The translations under genes and the position numbers were made by a program. From the NCBI GenBank assembly GCA_030765805.1, contig JAVCDH010000084.1, positions 3,961 to 67,960 on the forward strand: a stretch of DNA of 64,000 bases. The letters are read 5' to 3'. This document shows, piece by piece, positions 57,257 through 64,000 of the stretch (position 1 is its first letter; the number at the start of each line of letters is the position of its first letter). The stretch comes from Candidatus Euphemobacter frigidus (lineage in GTDB: Bacteria > Auribacterota > Erginobacteria > Erginobacterales > Erginobacteraceae). Under the pieces are notes generated by a model that was given only the letters and a program-made list of their open reading frames with translations, was not told the DNA's origin and made no database searches.

Positions 57257-57793
57257 TTATGCTATCGCCTTACCGGCTTTCCGCTTAATGTACTCGCCCT
57301 GATATTTGATACCTTTCCCTTTGTACGGTTCAGGAGGACGAAAACGCCGGATCTGAGCAGCCGTCTCACCCACTTTCTGGCGATCGCACCCGCTTACCGT
57401 AATCCCCAATCGGCCCTCCAGGGAGATGGTCACACCTTCCATCGGGCGATACCGGATCGGGTGAGAAAATCCGAGCTGGAGTACCAGGTCGGATCTGTCC
57501 ATCTCGGCCCGGTAGCCCACCCCGACGATTTCCAGCTTCTTTTCGAATCCTCGGCTGACCCCGATCATCATATTATTGATCAAGCGGGCGTGCAGCCCAT
57601 GGAGGGACTTTGCCCGCTTCGTCTCCGCGCCGCGTTTCACCCGGACCAGGTTGTCCTCCATCTCCACACTCACGATCGGCGGGAGGGAGAGGCCAAGCTC
57701 CCCCCGGGGTCCGGAGACGGAGACTTCTCTCCCCTCCAGCCTCACCTGGACACCCTCGGGAATGCTGATGGGCTTATTGCCTATTCTCGACAT
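57257..57793 (-). CDS. rplF: 50S ribosomal protein L6
   Basis: It begins MSRIGNKPISIPEGVQV. Confidence 0.9.
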   Translation of the reverse strand: MSRIGNKPISIPEGVQVRLEGREVSVSGPRGELGLSLPPIVSVEMEDNLVRVKRGAETKRAKSLHGLHARLINNMMIGVSRGFEKKLEIVGVGYRAEMDRSDLVLQLGFSHPIRYRPMEGVTISLEGRLGITVSGCDRQKVGETAAQIRRFRPPEPYKGKGIKYQGEYIKRKAGKAIA

Positions 57794-57937
57794 TGGTACT
57801 TCTTCCTTAACTTAGCGGACCTGAAGGTCCGCGACTACGAAGATGTCGTAGTCGTCGACCTTTAGGTCGACCGAATTACTGAAATTCCGAAGCAATGAAT
57901 TAGTTATCAGTTTACTGAATGTTACAACTATGGCATC
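57794..57937 (-). other. 144-bp spacer between rpsH and rplF with three consecutive short perfect hairpins
   Basis: The hairpins are CGGACC-tgaa-GGTCCG, CTACGA-agatg-TCGTAG and GTCGACCT-tt-AGGTCGAC. Confidence 0.45.
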
Positions 57938-58336
57938 TCACCAGACATAGCAGATGATCTCGCCTCCCATTCCGGCTCGGCTCGCCTGCTTATCGGTAAA
58001 AACTCCCTTCGAGGTTGAGATAATAGCAACTCCCAGCCCCCCCTTGGGATGAGGGATCTCATCCTTCCTCACATAGATGCGCCGCCCGGGCCGGCTGATT
58101 CTCTGTAAATTTCGGATCACCCTGGCCCGGGCCGGGCCGTAACGGAGGTAGACCCGCAGCATTCCCTGCCGACCATCCTCCATAAACTTGGAGTTCTTGA
58201 TAAATTTTTCTTCCTCAAGAATCCGAACTATCTCTTTCTTCAGGCCTGAGGCCGGGATATCTACCGTACCGAGCCCCCGGATATTGGCATTGCGGATTCT
58301 GGTCAAAAGATCCGCGATCGGATCAGTCATCGTCAT
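57938..58336 (-). CDS. rpsH: 30S ribosomal protein S8
   Basis: It begins [18 protein letters not shown]. Confidence 0.9.
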   Translation of the reverse strand: MTMTDPIADLLTRIRNANIRGLGTVDIPASGLKKEIVRILEEEKFIKNSKFMEDGRQGMLRVYLRYGPARARVIRNLQRISRPGRRIYVRKDEIPHPKGGLGVAIISTSKGVFTDKQASRAGMGGEIICYVW

Positions 58337-58370
58337 ACCAACAGGTCTCCTTACTTACTTTATCTAAATT

Positions 58371-58556
58371 CTACCAGCTGGCCTTGGTCACACCGGGGAT
58401 CTTGCCTTCACTGGCAAGCTGTCGGAAACAGATCCGGCAGATCTTGAACTTCCGGAAGTAACCCCGGGGCCGGCCACAACGCTGGCAGCGGTAATATTGG
58501 CGCACCTTGAATTTCGGTGTCCGCCGGCTTTTTTCAATTAAGGCTTTCTTCGCCAT
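58371..58556 (-). CDS. rpsN: 30S ribosomal protein S14 type Z (zinc-binding, 61 aa)
   Basis: It carries CQRCGR...CRIC zinc ligands and has the short type-Z length. Confidence 0.9.
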   Translation of the reverse strand: MAKKALIEKSRRTPKFKVRQYYRCQRCGRPRGYFRKFKICRICFRQLASEGKIPGVTKASW

Positions 58557-58559
58557 TGC

Positions 58560-59120
58560 TTAGCTCTCTCCCTCCCCGCGTTTAAACGGCATTCCAAATA
58601 ATCTTAAAAGCTCTCTTGCCTCCCCAACGTCCCGGATTGTGGTAACGATGGTGATGTCCATTCCCTGGGTTCGGTAGGATTTGTCAACATCCACTTCCGG
58701 GAATACGATCTGTTCCACCAGGCCAAAGCTGAAGTTGCCGTGTTCGTCGAAAGAATCGGGGGAGAGGCCCCGGAAGTCCCTGATCCGGGGCAACGCCACG
58801 TTGATCATCCGATCGATGAATTCATACATCATCCTTCCCCTCAGAGTTACCCGACACCCGACTTCCATCCCCTCACGAAGCTTGAAACCGGCCACGCTCT
58901 TCCTGGCCCGGGTAATGACCGGTCGCTGCCCGGTTATAAGTGCCAGCTCATCAGCCGCAGCCTGAACGGCTTTGCTATCGGCGATCCCTTCTCCGACTCC
59001 CATGTTGACGACTACCTTCTCAATCCGCGGCACCCGGAGGGGATTGGAGAAATGGAACTCCCGCATCATCTCCGGCACAATCTCTTCTTTATATTTTTTC
59101 CACAGACGGGCTTCTTCCAT
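58560..59120 (-). CDS. rplE: 50S ribosomal protein L5
   Basis: A 186 aa protein, L5-like throughout. Confidence 0.9.
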   Translation of the reverse strand: MEEARLWKKYKEEIVPEMMREFHFSNPLRVPRIEKVVVNMGVGEGIADSKAVQAAADELALITGQRPVITRARKSVAGFKLREGMEVGCRVTLRGRMMYEFIDRMINVALPRIRDFRGLSPDSFDEHGNFSFGLVEQIVFPEVDVDKSYRTQGMDITIVTTIRDVGEARELLRLFGMPFKRGEGES

Positions 59121-59122
59121 GA

Positions 59123-59449
59123 TTATTTATCCAATATCTCGCCGGACTTCTTGGAATACCGGACCTTGGTTCCATCCTTCAAGGCTTTAATTCCAACCCG
59201 GGTTCCCCGTTTCGAGGAGGGGCAGTAGGGCATGACATTGGAGATCGCGATCGGCGCCTCCTTCTCGATAATCCCTCCTTTCTGATGCTTCTGGGAGGGC
59301 TTGGTATGTCTCTTGACAAAATTAAAACCCTGGACAACCACGGTTCCGGCATCTCTGTTGACCTGAAGGACCTTACCTGTCTTCCGGGAGAATCGTTCCT
59401 TGCCCGCAACCGCGATAACAATATCGTCTTTTTTTATCCGAGCCCTCAT
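59123..59449 (-). CDS. rplX: 50S ribosomal protein L24
   Basis: It has a KOW motif in the N-terminus (KKDDIVIAVAGKE). Confidence 0.9.
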   Translation of the reverse strand: MRARIKKDDIVIAVAGKERFSRKTGKVLQVNRDAGTVVVQGFNFVKRHTKPSQKHQKGGIIEKEAPIAISNVMPYCPSSKRGTRVGIKALKDGTKVRYSKKSGEILDK

Positions 59450-59818
59450 TCACAATACCTCCGGAGCCAGAGATATAATCTTTAAAAACTGCTTTTCCCG
59501 TATTTCCCGGGCAACCGGCCCAAAGATTCTGGTTCCTTGAGGATTACGCTGATTATCGATAATCACGACAGCGTTCTCGTTGAACCGGAGAACTGATCCA
59601 TCCGAACGTCGAATGTCGTTCTTGGTACGCACGACCACGGCTCTCACTACCTCTCCCTTCTTCACGGAAGACGAGGGGATTGCCTCTTTCACCGTTATCA
59701 CCACGATATCGCCGATCTCCGCGTACCTCTTACCGCTCGCCTCCACTACCTTGATACAGGCGGCGCGGCGGGCCCCCGTATTGTCGGCTATTTTCAACAT
59801 TGTCTGCATCTGTATCAT
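59450..59818 (-). CDS. rplN: 50S ribosomal protein L14
   Basis: Start is [18 protein letters not shown] at ATG 59818. The ORF track starts at GTG 59830. Confidence 0.9.
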   Translation of the reverse strand: MIQMQTMLKIADNTGARRAACIKVVEASGKRYAEIGDIVVITVKEAIPSSSVKKGEVVRAVVVRTKNDIRRSDGSVLRFNENAVVIIDNQRNPQGTRIFGPVAREIREKQFLKIISLAPEVL

Positions 59819-59850
59819 GCGAATATACACCGCTCTCCGGGCTATTCACC

Positions 59851-60126
59851 CTACTCCGGCTGAGCCTGTTTAATGATGCCGACCAGCCGCCACCGCTTGG
59901 TCTTGCTGGTCGGACGGGTCTCCATGATCTCCACGATATCCCCGGCCTGAGCCTGGTTTTTCTCATCATGGACATAGAAACGGGTGGTCTTCTTTATCAC
60001 TTTTTTATAGAGCGGATGCCGAAACTTTCGGATTACTTCCACTACAATTGTCTTATCCATCCGGTCGCTGCCCACTGTTCCCCGCCGGATCTTCCGACAA
60101 CCACGCCCGTTATTACTTTTCTTCAT
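59851..60126 (-). CDS. rpsQ: 30S ribosomal protein S17
   Basis: An OB fold with the segment [16 protein letters not shown]. Confidence 0.85.
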   Translation of the reverse strand: MKKSNNGRGCRKIRRGTVGSDRMDKTIVVEVIRKFRHPLYKKVIKKTTRFYVHDEKNQAQAGDIVEIMETRPTSKTKRWRLVGIIKQAQPE

Positions 60127-60328
60127 CTCTATGATCCTTGCTTTCTTTCCGTTCTCTCATGATCGTCAGGACGCGGGCGATATCTCGCTTCACCTCCCTG
60201 ATAAGGTGAGGCTTCTCGATCTGGCCGGAGGCCGCCTGGAAACGGAGCTTGAAATGCTCTTCCCGAAGCTGCCGGTACTTCTGCTCAAGCTCTTCCGGCG
60301 TCATCTCCTTCACCTGGTTCGCTCTCAT
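60113..60328 (-). CDS. rpmC: 50S ribosomal protein L29
   Basis: A 71 aa helical protein beginning [17 protein letters not shown]. Confidence 0.85.
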   Translation of the reverse strand: MRANQVKEMTPEELEQKYRQLREEHFKLRFQAASGQIEKPHLIREVKRDIARVLTIMRERKESKDHRDEEK

Positions 60329-60335
60329 TTCAACC

Positions 60336-60755
60336 TCACTTTAGCCGTTCCCGAGCCACAAACCGGCAGGGGAACGGAAGCTTAAAAGCGCCCAACCGCA
60401 TCGCCTCCCGAGCCAGAGTCTCGGAGACTCCTTCCATCTCGTATAATATCTGCCCGGGCTTGACAACGGCCACCCAGAACTCCGGGTTACCTTTGCCTTT
60501 TCCCATCCGGGTCTCAGCGGGTTTTTTGGAGACCGGTTTGTGGGGAAAGATCCTGATCCAGATCTTCCCTTTCCGCCGGATATGCCTGGTCAGAGCCACC
60601 CGCACCGCCTCGATCTGGTTGGCGGTCATCCAGCCCCCGGCAAGGGTCTGGAGTCCATACTCCCCGAACTCAAGCGTGGTTCCCCGGGTGGCGTACCGGG
60701 AGATCTTGCCCCGCTGAGACTTGCGGTATTTAACTCTTTTTGGCATCTGAGCCAT
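60336..60755 (-). CDS. rplP: 50S ribosomal protein L16
   Basis: It begins [14 protein letters not shown]. The start may instead be the ATG at 60746. Confidence 0.9.
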   Translation of the reverse strand: MAQMPKRVKYRKSQRGKISRYATRGTTLEFGEYGLQTLAGGWMTANQIEAVRVALTRHIRRKGKIWIRIFPHKPVSKKPAETRMGKGKGNPEFWVAVVKPGQILYEMEGVSETLAREAMRLGAFKLPFPCRFVARERLK

Positions 60756-61407
60756 GGTTCACATCCTCCTCCTCGGCCGACAGCTTCTCACCTCTGTAAA
60801 TCCAGGTCTTGACCCCGATTGTCCCGTAATTGGTGAAGGCCTCGGCAAAGCCGTAACTGATATCCGCCCGCAGCGTCTGCAGCGGGATCTTTCCTTTCTT
60901 ATAGCTCTCCGTCCGGCACATCTCTCTCCCACCCAACCGGCCGGCAACCTGGATCTTGATGCCCTCGGCACCGCGTACCATTGTATCCCCGATCGCCCGC
61001 TTTACCGCGCGTCGAAATGATATCCGACGCTCCAGTTGCTGTGCCACATTCTCCGATACCAGTTGCGCCTCCAACTCCGGGACCTTGACATCGCTGATGT
61101 CAATGATTACTTCCCGGTTGACGAGCTCTCTCAGCTCCTCGCGCAGCACATCGATCGCCGCGCCGCGGCGGCCCACCACCAGCCCCGGGCGCGCCGTAAA
61201 TATTTTAATCCTTACCTTTTCCGGAGTCCGACGAAAGATTTGGATCTCGGAGATGCCGGTATGGTAAAATTTCTTCTTGATATAACCCCGAAGCTTGTCG
61301 TCCTCCAGAAGGAAGTCCCCGAAGTCCTTCTTGTTCGCGTACCATTGCGAACTCCACTTCTTGTTAAAACCTATTCTGAACGAGATTGGATTGACTTTCT
61401 GTCCCAT
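60730..61407 (-). CDS. rpsC: 30S ribosomal protein S3
   Basis: It has a KH domain and an N-terminus [13 protein letters not shown]. Confidence 0.95.
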   Translation of the reverse strand: MGQKVNPISFRIGFNKKWSSQWYANKKDFGDFLLEDDKLRGYIKKKFYHTGISEIQIFRRTPEKVRIKIFTARPGLVVGRRGAAIDVLREELRELVNREVIIDISDVKVPELEAQLVSENVAQQLERRISFRRAVKRAIGDTMVRGAEGIKIQVAGRLGGREMCRTESYKKGKIPLQTLRADISYGFAEAFTNYGTIGVKTWIYRGEKLSAEEEDVNHGSDAKKS

Positions 61408-61416
61408 GAACCTTTC

Positions 61417-61815
61417 CTATGGTTTCTTTTTTCTGCGCGATCTTCGTAAAGCCTTCGTAGTCTCCGGGGCCGGGGCTTCCGCTTCTTCAACGACCACCGT
61501 AATATGACAGGTCCGGTTCCGGATCCGGTTCGCCATCCCCCGGGCCCGGGGCCGATATTTGAAGGGAGGGACCAACGGCCCTTCGTCGGCGAAGATCTTC
61601 TTGATATAAATCAAGCGCTCGTTAATCTTGCCCTTTCCCTTGAGATTGGCCGCCGCGGACTGGATGACCTTCTCCAGGAGCCGGGCAGCCTTCCGAGGCG
61701 ACGCGGCCAGGCGGGCCAGAGCCTCTTCAACCGGCTGATTTCTGACCTGGTTCAAGACCGGTCGAACCTTGTAGGGCGAAATCTTAAGATATTTTGCTAC
61801 TGCTCTTGCCTCCAT
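61417..61815 (-). CDS. rplV: 50S ribosomal protein L22
   Basis: A 132 aa protein with a C-terminal basic extension. Confidence 0.85.
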   Translation of the reverse strand: MEARAVAKYLKISPYKVRPVLNQVRNQPVEEALARLAASPRKAARLLEKVIQSAAANLKGKGKINERLIYIKKIFADEGPLVPPFKYRPRARGMANRIRNRTCHITVVVEEAEAPAPETTKALRRSRRKKKP

Positions 61816-61824
61816 GCTGCATCC

Positions 61825-62109
61825 TTACTTCTTTTGAGGAGTCACCCGGGATTTGATTCCGGCATGTTTCCGGAAGGTCCGGGTGGGGGCAAACTCACCC
61901 AGCCTATGGCCAACCATGTTTTCAGTCACATAGACCGGAAGAAACCGCTTGCCGTTATGGACGGCGAAAGTAAGACCCACGAACTCCGGCATAATAACCG
62001 ATCGGCGGGACCAGGTCTTAATCGCCTTGCCTCCGGCGGCTTTGTTCTTGCTGATCTTGCGGAGCAGACTCGGTTCCACATACGGTCCTTTCTTCAACGA
62101 TCTCGCCAT
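61825..62109 (-). CDS. rpsS: 30S ribosomal protein S19
   Basis: It begins [19 protein letters not shown]. Confidence 0.9.
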   Translation of the reverse strand: MARSLKKGPYVEPSLLRKISKNKAAGGKAIKTWSRRSVIMPEFVGLTFAVHNGKRFLPVYVTENMVGHRLGEFAPTRTFRKHAGIKSRVTPQKK

Positions 62110-62124
62110 TGTTCTCTTCCTTGA

Positions 62125-62949
62125 TTATTTTTTCCTCGATTTAACGATATGCTTGGCGGACTTGCTCTTCTTGCGGGTGTTACCGCCCTTGGCCGGCTTA
62201 CCCCAGGGCGAGACCGGATGACGTCCCCCGGAACTCTTGCCTTCTCCACCCCCCATCGGGTGATCGACCGGATTCATCGCCACACCTCTCACCTTGGGGC
62301 GCCGCCCTCTCCAGGCGCTTCGGCCGGCCTTCCCATCGGTGATGGAGTTGTGGTCCGGATTCCCTACCTGCCCGATCGATGCGGCGCAGGAGAGCAGGAT
62401 ACGTCTGACTTCGCCGGAAGGGAGGCTGATATGCCCGTATTTACCCTCTTTAGACATAAACTTGGCCGTTGTCCCGGCGCTTCTTACCAGGGCTCCACCC
62501 CGGCCGGGAGTCATCTCAATATTATAGACCGGACTCCCCAGCGGAATCCGATCCAGAGGGAGGCGATTACCGACTCTGATCTCGGCCTCCGGACCCGCCA
62601 TCAGCCAGTCTCCCGACTTAACGCCGACGGGAGCGATGATATACCTTTTCTCACCGTCGGTGTAAAAGAGAAGCGCAATCCGGGCTGATCGGTTTGGATC
62701 ATACTCGATTGCGGCCACGCGGGCCGGAATCCCCCATTTATCCCGCTTGAAGTCGATGACCCGGTACCGGCGTTTATGACCTCCACCCCGACGACGGGCG
62801 GTGATCCGGCCCTGACTGTTTCTCCCGGCCGACTTCTTGATCGGCCGTAGCAGGGCCTTTTCCGGCTTCTTCTTTGTAATCTCCGCAAAGTCGGAGACGG
62901 TCATGAACCGCCGGCTCGGCGTGGTCGGTCTGTAGTGTTTAACTGGCAT
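62125..62949 (-). CDS. rplB: 50S ribosomal protein L2
   Basis: It begins [14 protein letters not shown] and is 274 aa. Confidence 0.95.
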   Translation of the reverse strand: MPVKHYRPTTPSRRFMTVSDFAEITKKKPEKALLRPIKKSAGRNSQGRITARRRGGGHKRRYRVIDFKRDKWGIPARVAAIEYDPNRSARIALLFYTDGEKRYIIAPVGVKSGDWLMAGPEAEIRVGNRLPLDRIPLGSPVYNIEMTPGRGGALVRSAGTTAKFMSKEGKYGHISLPSGEVRRILLSCAASIGQVGNPDHNSITDGKAGRSAWRGRRPKVRGVAMNPVDHPMGGGEGKSSGGRHPVSPWGKPAKGGNTRKKSKSAKHIVKSRKK

Positions 62950-63119
62950 AATAAAAAGAACTTAACCCCGCCGTTGGCGAGGGACTTTTTCAGACAGGAT
63001 TAACAAGGATTTTTTTATTTCATCATGTTTTATCCTGTAAATCCTGTCAAAAAATACAATTTCCTATGCGATTAAATTAGCTCCCGGAGTCTACCCCGCA
63101 AAATGCGGAGGTCGCAAAT
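62950..63119 (-). other. 170-bp AT-rich structured spacer between rplW and rplB with nested inverted repeats
   Basis: It contains GACAGGATT...AATCCTGTC flanking CAGGAT...ATCCTTG, plus CCGCA-aaa-TGCGG. It has low GC and interrupts a junction that is normally near-contiguous. Confidence 0.45.
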
Positions 63120-63407
63120 TTATGTCAAATCTATCGTGTCTCCCTCTTTCAAGGTGACAATGGCTTTCTTCCAGCTTGGCTTCCGGCCCTGAGTTCTCCC
63201 GACCATTCTCAACTTACCGTGCACCGTTATCGTCCGTACTGATGTCACATCCACGTTGAAGACCTTTTGGATCGCTTCTTTGATCTGAATCTTGTTGGCG
63301 CGCGGATCGACCCGGAAGAGATACTGGTTGTTCTTCTCCTGTAACCCCGTTCCCTTCTCGGTTATCACCGGATTCAAAATCAACTGCCGGGCCTCAATCT
63401 CTTTCAC
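63120..63407 (-). CDS. rplW: 50S ribosomal protein L23
   Basis: A 95 aa protein, L23-like. Confidence 0.9.
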   Translation of the reverse strand: MKEIEARQLILNPVITEKGTGLQEKNNQYLFRVDPRANKIQIKEAIQKVFNVDVTSVRTITVHGKLRMVGRTQGRKPSWKKAIVTLKEGDTIDLT

Positions 63408-64000
63408 TTTATCGTCTCCATCCAGGTTCGCAGGTGGCCCAACGCTTCACGGGTAATTACAATCTTCTGATGACTAATCACAAGAAATGTATTCAAATCC
63501 CCAATCCTCGCGGTAGTTACCTTCGGAATATTCCGACAGGAGAGGACAATATTCTTATCCCTCCTCGCCGTAATAATCAGGACGCTTTCTCCAGCCCCCA
63601 CCGTCATCAGGATGGCGGCGAGGTCCCTGGTTCGGGGCTCTTCCAGGCTCAAATCATCTATAACCAGAACGCGCCCTTTTTGGAAGCGGATGGAAAGAAT
63701 GGACTTTAACGCCTTCCGCTTTACCTTTTTTGGAACCGAGAACCCGAAAGAGCGAGGACTCGGGCCGAAGATAACTCCCCCGCCACGCCAGATCGGACTG
63801 GCCCGATCCCCGGCGCGAGCCCGACCGGTGCCTTTCTGGCGCCAGGGCTTCCGGCCCGAGGAGGCTACCCGGGAACGGTTCTTAGTCGACGCGGTTCCTC
63901 GTCGGTTCCGGGCCTGATGCAACCGAATCACATCATGGATCATCCCGGGGCTTCCGGCACTCTCGAGGAGGGTGTCGGGGATCTCAATCTCCTCTACGCG
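63404..64000 (-). CDS. rplD: 50S ribosomal protein L4 (5' end beyond the window edge)
   Basis: It contains [16 protein letters not shown]. The frame stays open upstream to position 64000, so the gene is partial in this window. Confidence 0.85.
   Translation of the reverse strand, partial: RVEEIEIPDTLLESAGSPGMIHDVIRLHQARNRRGTASTKNRSRVASSGRKPWRQKGTGRARAGDRASPIWRGGGVIFGPSPRSFGFSVPKKVKRKALKSILSIRFQKGRVLVIDDLSLEEPRTRDLAAILMTVGAGESVLIITARRDKNIVLSCRNIPKVTTARIGDLNTFLVISHQKIVITREALGHLRTWMETIK

Noticed and set aside
50697-64000. Numerous antisense or out-of-frame ORFs of 60-230 aa within the ribosomal protein, secY and rpoA genes (for example 54854..55552, 58740..59228, 61036..61449)
   Set aside because: All overlap universally conserved genes whose frames are unambiguous. 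Their translations are low-complexity.

Overview
This is a 64 kb segment of a high-GC bacterial chromosome with AT-rich intergenic regions, probably from a poorly characterised lineage. Almost all of it is coding. Left to right it contains the following. (1) An aspartate 4-decarboxylase gene plus an AspT/YidE-family aspartate:alanine antiporter gene, with a perfect palindromic operator candidate upstream. (2) A GT-C glycosyltransferase. (3) A divergent MtfA-like M90 peptidase and DUF218 gene pair. (4) A compositionally atypical SAM-methyltransferase-like gene. (5) A sodium:solute symporter, ftsB and eno. (6) A lower-GC glutathione module: gshA and gshB convergent, plus a GloB-like MBL hydrolase. 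(7) Two tandem secreted single-HKD PLD/Nuc-like proteins. (8) An orphan RsbW-like anti-sigma kinase. (9) A large secreted beta-helix protein ending in six FG-GAP-like 40-residue repeats. (10) thrC fused to a polysaccharide locus of three GT4 genes plus a WbaP-like priming transferase. (11) A LysM L,D-transpeptidase. (12) moaA-moaC-mogA. (13) fpg with two paralogous TPR genes. (14) A cluster of six DnaA boxes. (15) A frameshifted glmS and mnmG (gidA). (16) A GAF-PAS hybrid histidine kinase interrupted by one in-frame TAA. (17) hisH-hisF. (18) An outer-membrane cluster with a TolB-like lipoprotein, a beta-barrel and two FadL/TodX paralogs. (19) A TMTC-like GT-C/TPR protein. (20) About 14 kb of the S10/spc/alpha ribosomal protein region (rplD to rplQ) on the minus strand. 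This region lacks L30, carries a type-Z S14, and has four unusually long hairpin-rich intergenic spacers. No tRNA, rRNA, CRISPR array or obvious transposase was found. The most notable signals are the DnaA-box cluster near glmS and gidA, the two disrupted essential-looking genes, structured insertions inside the ribosomal operons, a recurring palindromic promoter-like motif, and the aspartate decarboxylation/antiport module. Within-line coordinates may be off by 1 in places, because my hand indexing and the ORF track disagreed by one nucleotide at the aspT start.
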